A stretch of 64,000 bases of DNA from NCBI RefSeq assembly GCF_018350175.1, contig NC_058368.1, positions 187,304,001-187,368,000 on the forward strand. The letters run 5' to 3'. The translations under genes and the position numbers were made by a program. The notes under the pieces were generated by a model, which had not been told where the DNA came from, did no database searches, and worked only from the letters and a program-made list of their open reading frames with translations. Shown one piece after another: positions 37,501 through 49,500 of the stretch (position 1 is the stretch's first letter; each line of letters begins with the position of its first letter). The DNA is from Felis catus (Eukaryota).

Positions 37501-40500
37501 TGTATGTTTAATTTTGCATTATATGAAGGGAGTAGATGAGGTACATAAAATCTGCTTGCTACTTCTGGCCTCTAAAGATTGCAATCCAGCCCTGGTAAAG
37601 AAGGATTCTGAAGCTTTCTCCCAGCTGACTTTTACACAGTGCTGCACCTGATTAGTGATGTCTGTGACATCTTAGATAAAGGAGGTGGTGATGGCATCAA
37701 TCCTGCCCCATACCCACCAACCCAGGCTGAAAAATTATTTTTATCTGATAGATAAAAGTACTGTAATTGCAGGAGAAAAAGATAAATTTCTTCTGAAAGA
37801 AACATGTAAGATTTCCTAAAGGGGACTTTGAGCAACACAATGAAATATTTTTATACTAGAGTTATAGGAAATGCAAAAAATATTTTTTCTAAGGCCATTT
37901 CCTATTATAGAAAGAAAGCCTAACTCAGAAAAACACCCCCCTATGTGGTGAAGAACTTAACAATGAGATTCAGATCTGTGGCTGTCTTGGGATCTAACTT
38001 GATATAAAGACTGAAATAGATGACACAGGGGATGATGGATGATATGTCTAAGACTTAGCAAACAGTTTATCCAGGGATAAACTGGCTACCTGGAAAACAC
38101 CTGAGGTAATAACAAAGATTCAGACTTCTGGTCCATCCCCTGATTCAGAAGGACTTCAACTGGACCTGGGAATCTCTATTATTTGTTTAAGTTCCCAGGT
38201 GATTCTAATGCAAACAAGTATTTGGGAACAATACCTAAAATTACCTACCTTCCCTAAATAGAACTTTTCTCAGCTAGGCCTTTTTGGTCAGATACAGAAG
38301 GCAGAGATTTTAAAGACTCCTGGAGTCATCACCTTTTGGGACTTCCTGACAGCCAAGAGAGAACTTCTATGTTTCTGGGGTGGGTTGTAAGGGGATTCCT
38401 CCTCACTCATGGAGGACAATGACTATTTTACAGCAACTGATTCTGATATGGAAAAGAAGGTGAGGAAAATCCAAGCCAGGACCCAGAAGCACCTAGACTT
38501 GTATGCAAGAGATGGCCTTCGAACACTGTGCATCGCCAAAAAGGTAAAAATAAATTTCTCCTTTAGTAGCTTTAAGGTCTCAACACTGAGTTGGTCATTT
38601 CTATTCCATTTTAGAAGGCCCTTAATAGTGGTTGTTTTAATATTTTCAAAATTAGCTATTTCAAACATTCTAAATTCTGACTCACTACAAAGACCAAGGA
38701 TTTTGATAATTATGCTGGGACAAAACTCTGGATGGCAAGATTCCATGTTAGCATCTCTTTGTTGTTCCCCATTTTTCATTATTTATACATATAATTGGTA
38801 ACCCATTACTCATAAAATAATTTTTACTGTTATTTTACCTTCAAAGTATCCTTTTAAATTTTGCATTATTTGCCTAGATTTGAAATTTAAGAGATACTAT
38901 GTGATCACATAAAATTCTAGATTTCTGATTTCTCTTATAAATGTAGAGTGTCTGATGAATGGGGTCGACATTCTTGAAAGGCAGCTAATAGCTAGAACCA
39001 AGTAGTAGCTGATCCCTTTGATGAGGGATATATTCTCCTGTGTTCTGTAATTGGTCACAGCCCCTACCTTCCCTGTTGCATTGCCCTTGGCTCAGCTATA
39101 GTCATGTATTTACCCACCTCTCACCCTGCAAGCCTTTGACTTTGCAACACCTGCAAGGAAGGCAGGCAAAGAGAGATGAATATCAGATTAGAGGCATCTA
39201 ATGAGGCACCTAAAGTCAGATGGGGAGCTATGATGACATCCACTGCTAAAAGTAGTTTCCTCTCTGCAGATCCCCAGAGCTCTTCATCTTTTATGGTGCT
39301 TAGTGCAGCAAAGTTTAAGAGCACCCACCTTAAAGTCAGACCTACCTGGGTACAAGTTCCAATCTCACCACTTACCTGGTGTGTGACCTTGGGAAAGTTT
39401 CTTCACCTCTCTGACTTTGGGATTTTCTTATCTTTAAAATAGTACTAATGCCCCCTACCTCAAACAGTTGTAATAGAGATTACTGAAATAACACATGTGT
39501 AGTGCCTGAGACAGTGACCAGTGCTTACTACTCCACAGATTATAATTATACCCTTACCACCTTCTATTTTCCCCTGAAATTATTTGTGCCTACTTTGCCT
39601 CCTCTAATAAGACTGTGAATTCCTCAAAAGCAAAGGCCTATTGTGTCCCCTTGGTTTTCCTTATAATTCCATGTTGGACAAAAGAATAATTTATTGTAAT
39701 AAGAGACAGTATGCATGTAATACTAACAGAGGGATATAAATGTGCTGTGGACTCCAAAGGAGGAAGAGATGCCCTCTAGTTTGGTTCTTCCAGCTATTGG
39801 GTACTCCAATTGCTGCCACCTCTCTACCTGGCTCTCCATCCTTCAACTGATGTCTTCAAGGAACAGAAAGAAAGCCAAGTCCATTGCTTGCATTTGCCCC
39901 TCCCTGTGACTGACCCCTTCTTATCAGTCTATCTCAACTCGGACTTCACTTTGTCTAAGAAAACTAAAAATCCAAATGAAATAATCCTTCTTCCCACAGT
40001 TATCACCCTATCCAGTCACATTCTATCATGTCACTCTTTATTTTCCTAAAATTATCTGTTCTTTTAAATAATTTACATGGATTAATATCTCTCACCCTCC
40101 ACTACCCCATAAGCCCAGGAATCTTGTCTGTCTTAATCACTGCTATACCTCCAGTGCCCAGAGCATAGCAGGAGCAGGGGCTCAATGGATGTTTGGTGAT
40201 AATGGAACATGAGGATCAATCCTTCATTGATTCATGCATTCAAAACAACCAGACAAACAAAAAACATTGAGGAGAAATAATTGTGTAGGGCAGCTCAGAC
40301 AGGCCAGGCACATCTGAATTGGCCAGTATCCACCCAGCATTGTGAAAGAGCCTCTTCTTGTTCCATAGGTCATAAGTGAAGATGACTTCCGACGATGGGC
40401 CAGTTTCCGGTGTGAGGCGGAGGCATCCCTCGACAACCGAGATGAGCTTCTAATGGAGACGGCACAACATCTGGAGAATCAACTCACCTTACTCGGTAGC

Positions 40501-43500
40501 TAAAAATAAGTCATCATTAAATTAAAAAGAAAATGCTACAAGCTGGAAAGGGAGTTCTTGGCCCGACTCTGACACTGCTACAGATGTGTCTCAATTAGGA
40601 ACCTTCCCTGGAGTGCCCTTCCAGGTATTTGGCACAAATGGTGCCAATATCCAACCCAGACTCCACACACCACTTCCTGAGGATGCCCAGGAGCATTCCC
40701 ATACTTTCTGTTGGACAAAACCCAGGAGCTTGGTTGCTTCTCCATTTTTTCAAATGCTTATTGAGCACCTACTATATGCCAAGGTGCATGCTAGGCATTG
40801 GGACTAGGGAACAAGAGCCACAGGCCCTATCTTCTCAGAGCTCAATCTAGCAAGGAAACTGGATGATTCAACAAGGAATTTCAAGTGAGTGTGATGAGGG
40901 CTGGGCTGGAAGACGTGCCTGGTTGTATGGGACCACAATCTAGACTGGGGCCAAGGAGAGTGCAGGAAGGTAAGAACTGAGCCGAGCAATGGAGCTAGTC
41001 AGGCAAAGAGGAAGAATTTTCAGGCAGAGGGAGGAGACAGAATGAAGAGCTAGAGGTGAGACAGACCCAAGAGGCTAGAAACTCCAAGGTCTGCTATGAC
41101 TGGACCACAGAGTTGGGGGGAGAAATGATGTGAGGTGGGAAAGGTCAGCATGACCCAGGTTATGAAGGTACTTAAATCATATGCTAGCAGTTTAGAGAGA
41201 AGGAAGTAAAAGCAGGGACAGGTTCATACTTTACAAAAATTACTCTGGCTGCTGCTGTATGGAAGTTCGATCAATACACTGAGGGAAGAAGAGAAGCAGG
41301 GAGACCAGCTAAGACTGTAGTATTGTGTTTCTGTGGGAGGAAAAGCATTACCCAGGTAGAAGGAGGAAGCTTTATTTAATCAGGGTGAATTACCTCACAG
41401 CTCAGGAGCAAGATCTGAAAAAGGCAACATGTGACAGCACCCTGCCACTGGCCACATGGCTAAAGCCTTCTTTCATCTTGGGAGGCAATGCTGAACTGGG
41501 GATGAGGGCCAAATCTTGGCCTTGTGCTATATACAACCCCCACCGCCCTGAGCTTTAGTTTCTCTTCTGTATAAACCATACTGCTCCAAGCTCTCAGCCA
41601 CGCAGGGGTGCAAGGCGACAGACCCAGGGTTGCTGAAAGAAGATGGTGATGCCTTTACATACTAAATATAGCAACAGGATTTGGCAGGAAGAGTGGCAAG
41701 CAAGGGGAGACCATTTGTTCCCCACCTCCTTCTGCCTTATTTTTGTTCCTGTGTTTTGACTCCGGGACCTTTGCCTATTGCCTCCCAAAGCCCCTCTGAA
41801 AGCTGGCCATGAGAACTTATTTTAACAGAAACCAGAGGGTAGCCAGGCCAGACAGCTCTATCCACCACACGAGACCACAGAATGTCATCCCATTAGGGCA
41901 TGTGACTCCTTTCTCACCTGCCTGAGGCTGCTTTTGTTTCAGGGGAGGGTTCTAGTTTCAGTCAGTGAGAGGTGCTCCTCAGCTGGTTCGGCATGAAAGA
42001 GAACATGCTTGTCAAGATCTGTTGGCTTCCCTTGCTGAGAAAGACTTTCACCACCTCTCTGTTTCATTTTTTCTTTCACACAAATAAATGTGTTTTTCCT
42101 CTCTCCTCCTTCACTCTGCCTCCCTATAGTATAAATCAGCTTCAGAATCTCACCTTCCAGGCTAACCCTTGGAGAGAAAGACAAGGATTGAAGCAACACT
42201 TATCATGGGGTTGTTTACCTGCACATCTGGGCCTGCAATACAAAAGAGGCACTTATCATGATAGAGTCATCATTTTTGTTCCCTCAAGGTGGCTTTGGAA
42301 GGAGAGGACTGGGACTGGGAAGAGATTTCATCTTACCACCAAGAATCTGCCCTGCCACCAATACTGCATTTGCATTTACACTGAGTCCCACACTATGAAA
42401 TGGTCTTTTCAGTATCCATCCAGTGTAACTGCTTTGCCAACCTATTGTCACTAGGGATTGTTAAAAGAAATGAAATGCCTTGCTCCTGCCCAGAGTGAAG
42501 TGGGTAGCCATTAGTCTGTGGTCTAAAAAGAATCTCAATTTAAATACAGATTTTTGCCTAATCAGTTAGTAACTATTTGATATTTGGGTATATATTCATC
42601 AGGGTTGGTGCAAAGCTTGAGATCATTCAAAAATTATGGAATCTGCATGTTTAATTCCAAGATTATCATCAAAAACCTGAGTCCTTATTTTGCTGTGAAC
42701 TGTTAGAGAGCAAAGGTCTCAGTCTCTCTACTTCTCTCCACTCCCATTGCTGGTAGGCCCACAGGGGCTACTCCTCCACAACTCTGCTAAACCTCTAATC
42801 TCATCCTGCTTCCCACTCTGTTCCCTAGAATGATCTTCTTAAAACTCAAAACTGATCCTGTCACTCTCCAACTTAACTCCCTTTAATAGCTTTCTTGTCT
42901 ACCAAATAAATTCCAAATCCTTTAATGCTCTGACAAGGCTCTGCATGATCCAACAGCCTTACCTCCCTTCCTGGCCCCATCTTTCACCCCATTCTGCCTC
43001 CCTTTCTTCACCTTCGTCTACTCTGGCCTCTGAGCCTTCGTACATGCTCATCACTCTACCTGGAATTCTCCTCCTTTGCCACTTTTTGGCCTTATCTTCC
43101 AGGTCTGAGCTTAAATAGCACTTCCTAGCAAGGCCTTCCCTGACTATCTAGATGAAGTTCAGGTCTTCTAGTATATGTTCACCTGGCATCCTGGGCTTTG
43201 CCCCTCATATAGTTCAGTTATAAATTCTTTTTCAATAATGTTTTGAGCTGCAAGAGGGACCAGCTCCGTTTCACTGCTGTATCTTGGGTGCTTAGCACAG
43301 CCTAGAACATTGGAGATATTAGATATCATTGTCTGACTTGATAGGGCTTTGGGGAAATTAAACAGCTACTTTTTCACTCTAAATGTAAGCTCTGGTGTCT
43401 TTGATCACTCCAGGAGCCACTGGGATTGAAGACCAGCTGCAAGAAGGGGTTCCAGACACAATTGCTGCTCTGCGGGAAGCTGGGATCCAGCTCTGGGTCT

Positions 43501-46500
43501 TGACTGGAGATAAGCAGGAGACAGCAGTCAATATCGCCTATTCCTGCAGATTGTTAGATCAGACTGACACTGTTTACTCCATTAATACAGAAAATCAGGT
43601 GAGGCCAAAGTAGGGACCACATGTCCAAGTGCAGAACAGCCCCTAGACCAACAAGAGATAGGGTTATGGGAGGGATTTGGGTACAGAGGGGAAGCACCTC
43701 TACCCTTAAAATATCACTGAACCTTGGAGGTCAGAGGTCCCCAGAAATCATCCACCTCATCCCCATGCATGGCTGACCAGTTTGATTATATTACATCTAG
43801 TAGTACATGTTAGAAAGTTTTGATCTTCCAGATTTCACCTTTGGCCCAATCTCCTCATTTTACAAATAAGGAAACTAAAGACCCTTGAGACTAAGTCACT
43901 TGCCCAGAGTCACCCTGGTAGTTTCTGATAGAACTAAGTCTAGAACACTGTTCTCTGCCAGGCCAGTGCTATCTTCATTATACCACATTGTTTGCTCACA
44001 GAACCCCAGTTGTTAGTTTCTTATACTTTGGACTAACTCTTCCATTGAAAAAGCCCCAACTAAATTGAAATGATTATGAGTTTAAAATTGCAGCTCCAAT
44101 TTGTGTGTCAGATTGGTTTGCCACAGAATAAAACCTGAAGGAAATGATTCATGAGACCAGTAAATTTTGACAGGATAGGAGAGAGAGAGAAGCAAAGTCC
44201 TAAAACAGCAATTTTAAACCCCAGTAGGTTGTGGGTGGCAGGGGATGGGGTTTGGAGAAAGGGCTGTGTAAAATCTGGAGAAGAGTATTCAAAGTTATAA
44301 TACAATTTTATATTTAGGAGAAAAAACCTATTTTCACAATGCAAACCACAGAAAGTGAAGTTTTAACACCTTGGTTGATGAATATGGGAAGTAGGCATTG
44401 AGTGGTATGCTTCCAAAAGGAAGCAGGAAAACATTGTCCTGGAAGGGCAGTGGGAGCAGGGCACTGGAAGGGAGACCTAGACGCACCATGGGAGAAAGGA
44501 TGGAGAAGAGGGAGGAACATGGGAAAGAACAGCACAAAAAAAAGGATACAGGGACGGTGCCGGAACCTCTTTTGGTTTTGCTTAAAACGGATATGGACCC
44601 AGAATAGAAGTTCGGAAGATTTAACTCTGGTTTTTATTCCGTAACGAATCCACGTCACATACTTTTTAAACAGTAGTGTATACTATGAAAAGTGCCTGAG
44701 GCCCTTTAGATGAATTGGAAAAATCACTTTCTTGTCAGGTGCACAGATTATGCTCTGATTATATTAAACTCCAATGAATTTTCAAAATGAAAATAATCTT
44801 GGGGAAATCTTTGGCATTAATATTATGCTTAGGAAAGAAAGTAATTTGCTGCTTGCTTGAGTACTTGATCCCTGTAATAGCGTTGATGTCTGCCTGCCCT
44901 ACTCACAATGGAAATTCTGTTTGCAATGATCATTTCACTTCAGGTAATTCCAGGAGGAGGACATGGGCAAACTTGTGAGTCAGCCAGTCCAAGGGGGATA
45001 GAGTGGGTTTCTGTGGCTTCTGTTAAATACAGTGCATTCCTATAGGAAGCTGAAGATGTTTAGCAATTAATTATCCAATGTTCCTAAGGAATAGAGTGTC
45101 ACATTTCATGTTTGGTTCAGTCACTGTTAAATCATTCAAAGATGTTTGGGACCCTGATGGTACCTGAATGTTAGGACCAGCCCATGCCCTGAGTCCTTTA
45201 AACCTGTAAGATTAGTCTTTCTACCTGAGAAAAAGTGGTGGGTACATGGATATGTTAAGCCAAAAACAGGAAATCCATTCCAAATCTCAGATTTATTTAA
45301 ACCTTAGTTTAATATAATTATGTATTCAGTGGATATTTCCTCCAAGGGTTTTAATCTGCCTAATTCATTATAAATTGATTTAGGGCTACTGTTTCTTTGT
45401 TATGTATCTTAAAGCTGTAAGCAGGTTATGGGCCCTCTCTAGACCTCAGGGTTCTCTTTCATAAAATGAGAGAATTACTATCATCATCAGTGGAAGTGCT
45501 GGTCTGTCAAGGAATTTAAAAGGAACTAGAGCATTAGAAACCAATAACAGAAATGATTATTGTCATTATTAGTAGCATATATTGAAAGCTTAATATGGTC
45601 CAGATATCATACCTCCCTAAACTTCACCCTCCTCATATGTAAAATAGGGATTAGAAAGATTTATTTCAGAGGCTATTGGGAGGATTAAATAAGATCATAG
45701 AAGAAAAATACTTATTAGCACAGTATTTAACACACTCCAAAATTCAGTGGCTGAAAACAACCAACATTTATTATCCCACAGTTTCTGTGGGTTAGGAGTC
45801 CAGGGTCAGCTTAGCTGGGTGCCTCTGGTTCAAAGTCTCTCTGAAGGCTGAATTCAACCTGTCAGGTCTGTGGGCTCATCTAAAGGTCCCAACTAGTGGG
45901 TTGTTTGGGAATGAAGAGAAGGCCATCCTCAAAGCTTACAGACATGATTGCTGGCAAACTTCATTTCCTTACCACATGGGCCTCTCCATAGAGCTGCTTC
46001 ACAACATGGCAGCTGCTTTCTCCCACAGCAAGCCATCCAAGAGAGAGGGAAAAGAGTGCCAAATTGGAAGCCACAAGTCTTTTTATAAGCTAATCTGGAA
46101 AGTGACATCCTATCACTTTTGCAGAATTCTCTACATTAGAAAGGAATTGCTAGGTGTGGCTCATAACCAAGGGGAGGGATTGCACAGGGGCATGCATCCC
46201 AGGATGGCAGGGATCATTGAGAACCATCTTGGAGGCTGCCTACCACAGTACCCGGCATATACTAAAGGTTAAATGAATGGTAACTATTGTGGTTATTACA
46301 TCATACTTTGAAATAAGCAAATTCAGAAATTTTATTTTGAAACATATCTCCAGTGACTTCCTGCAGTCCTGCGTTGGAGGAATTTATATAATTTATGCTG
46401 GCCCCAACTCCCAGCAAGGACTATCTTGATCTCTTTCCCAGATAAGTGCCTCAGGCATAACCACCCACCCCTGGCACAGCTTCCTCTCACCCCTCTAGGT

Positions 46501-49500
46501 TCTGGGCATACCCTACTGCTTGCAACACTCAATTTAGCATCCCCTAAGGGAAGACTCGGGAATGATTAACTGCAGTTCTGCTCACTCCAGAAGAAAGTAT
46601 CCCAAATAATCTCAGAAGCTTCTAGATCAATGGTCCCCAAACCTGTCATATCAGAAAAATCTTCACAATATTTGCTTAAATCCACATATTACCTGTACTT
46701 TTTTTTTCATGTAATGAATTCATTTAAATTAACTCACTTTGAACACTTTTAAATTTATTTTTAGAATAATTTTTTAGGACTATACTAAATGAAAACCATC
46801 ATCCTTGCCATGGATAAAAGAACACTGCTAAATAAAGATCATGTGAACAAAACAATGCTATTAAAATCAATAATACTGACTGCCACAACTTTATTTGAAA
46901 GTAATGTTGCAAAATCTAATAAGGTACTAAGGATATATTTAGAACCAAAATCTGACTTGATCTCTGATATAATCAAAAGTAAAAGAGGAAATAAATTCTT
47001 CACTATGTTTTGAGGTAAATGTCAGAAAAAATAAGTTTCTTTACATCAGTAAAATGTTCACATTCATAGTCAGTTTTAACACGTATGAGCAACACATTCA
47101 TATCAACAGGTAAACACGCAGTGTATTTTTTCAATTGGGAAGCGATAATTCAAGCAGTGATGATCTGCCTCCACTAGTAAGTTGGATGAGCTAGCGCAAG
47201 TTACTAAAGATTTCACTGTTTCAATTTCCTCATCACTCAGTTTCCTCAGGAGAACCAAAATGATTTGTAAGAAATAAAAAGCACTGTATTATCATGACAT
47301 ATTATCATTATTTACCATCACATTCATATTTATTAGCTTATACCATCCCTGTATCATTCCCCATCTTGCTGAGCTATTTCCACTCCCATTGTCTAGCAGT
47401 CTCTCCTATTTTGCCATTAATTTGCTTCCAAATTAATATTGCTTTGATGCTTTTTGAAAGGTTGAAGAGAAATGTAAGAATCAGAAAATGATTCCTGGGT
47501 AATCTCTATGGTGGTAGAATTTCGTAACTATTTTACTAAAAGATAAAGTGAGATCTTTAACCTACATTTCTGTGTTGTTTACTAATACCATATTTGTTAT
47601 TCTGACTCTATAGGAAACCTGTGAATCCATCCTTAACTATGCACTGGAAGAAGTGAAGCAATTTCATGGACCACAGAAGCCAAACCGCAAGCTCTTTGGG
47701 CTCTGCCTACCTTCTGAGACACCACCTCCTACCTCAAGAGCTGCAGTTCCAGAAGTTGGATTGGTCATCAATGGGAAGACATTGAATACCATTTTCCAGG
47801 GAAAGCTGGAGATGAAATTTTTAGAGCTGACTCAGTATTGCCGGTCTGTCCTATGCTGCCGTTCTACCCCTCTCCAGAAGAGTATGATAGTCAAGCTGGT
47901 GCGAGACAAGTTGAGCGTCATGACCCTTTCCATAGGTACCCATCATGCTGAGATGTGGGTGCAGCTTGTAAGGCTGATCTGACAAAAGTCCTGGGCCAGA
48001 GGTGGGAGGTCACGTATCAAAGTTGAGACAGCCAGGCTGAGGATCATTTTCTCAGACTGCGAGAGTTCAAAGTGACAATCAATACGTGGCAGCTGGAGAT
48101 GAAACAGAGGCTAAGTAGAGTGAGAAAGTGATTCACAGCTCTGAGGATTAGCAGGTCACAAAGGAAAACAGGGCTTGGATGGAGGTCAAAGCCAAAAGAG
48201 GCCTCAAATTCAGAACATTCACATAACTCAATAATGTACACTCAGGCCAATCAGTTCTGGGATGCAGACCATTTCCCTTTCGATACTTAACACATGGCAT
48301 AATAACATAAACCTAAGATGTTTGTGGATTTGATATTCTGCGTATTGACGGCTGGTGGGGAGATTTTAGAAGCTGAGCCTTTCACATATGTTCATTCCTA
48401 AATACAAGGCCCAGCACAAAGCACATTCTCAACAAATGCTAGCCTCGTGGTTGATGAAAAAATTTCTCATAAGAGACTAAACTTTAATCATGGTTAAGGC
48501 AGAGAAATAAAAACTGTACCTACATCAACAAGCAAACCTGGTTTGCAGGAATCTTCATGATGTAGTCTCTGCTAACCCTCCAGTCATGTCCTTAACCACA
48601 GAAACCCCTGTCCCCAACATTTGAACTCCATGCTCCAGTCAAATGGAACTGTCTCCATTCTCCATGAGGTTTGTCCTATCTCTCTCACTCCCAGGCCTTT
48701 GTACAAGCTATTTCCTCTATAAAACACCCCTTCTTCTAATCCCACCTAACTTTCCTTATCTCTGAGAACTCCCAGAGCACACAGCCCTCAGAGCTGCAGA
48801 GCACTGGTTTGCCTTCTGTGAGGGCCTGCTCAGTAGACCATGAGTTCCTTGAATAGAGGGACCATATCATTCATACCATTTCATCCCATGCTCTGCACAC
48901 TCCAAGCACATAGTAAATATTGCATTCATTTAAGGATATTCTTGCAGATGGTTCCAGGTTCTATCCTTCCTACACAGACATGGAAAGAGATTTTCCTTCC
49001 TGGCATTTCAAATAAGTCTATATTAATTATTGTTTTTTTCTCCCATTCTTCAGGTAAAAGCAGTTCAAAACAAAAAGGGGAGGGGAGGAGTGGGTAGACA
49101 GGACACAGGGAGCAAAACTTTAGCAACTGTATCCTAATTTTATTCCCTGAATTGCCCTCTTCAAAACTTTAGACACACACAAGGCAACAGCCCAGGACTG
49201 ACTCCCTGAGGTAAGAAATTGGTTCTGCTGCCATAGAGGCAGAAATAAAAACAGCAGGGTAAGCAATGGCATGATTCCACACCTCTACTTCCAGTCGTTT
49301 GCTAACAGAAGAGGTTAAAGGGTAGACTTGTTTGCCATGGGGAAGATAAAAATTATGTCCTGTTATGCTACCATGAAAAAAAAGTAATCATTACAAAAAT
49401 AATGGCTACTTATAGTGAGGAAATTGTTAATATTAACAAATTTCATTGCCAAATAATTAAGGGAAGAAAATTCTCCCAATCCCATAGTCTCTATGGTATC

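Noticed and set aside
38409..38433. In-frame intronic ATGs just upstream of exons (38409, also 50690 and 59459) as alternative starts
   Set aside because: No promoter evidence, they overlap the acceptor region, and short in-frame extensions are expected by chance.
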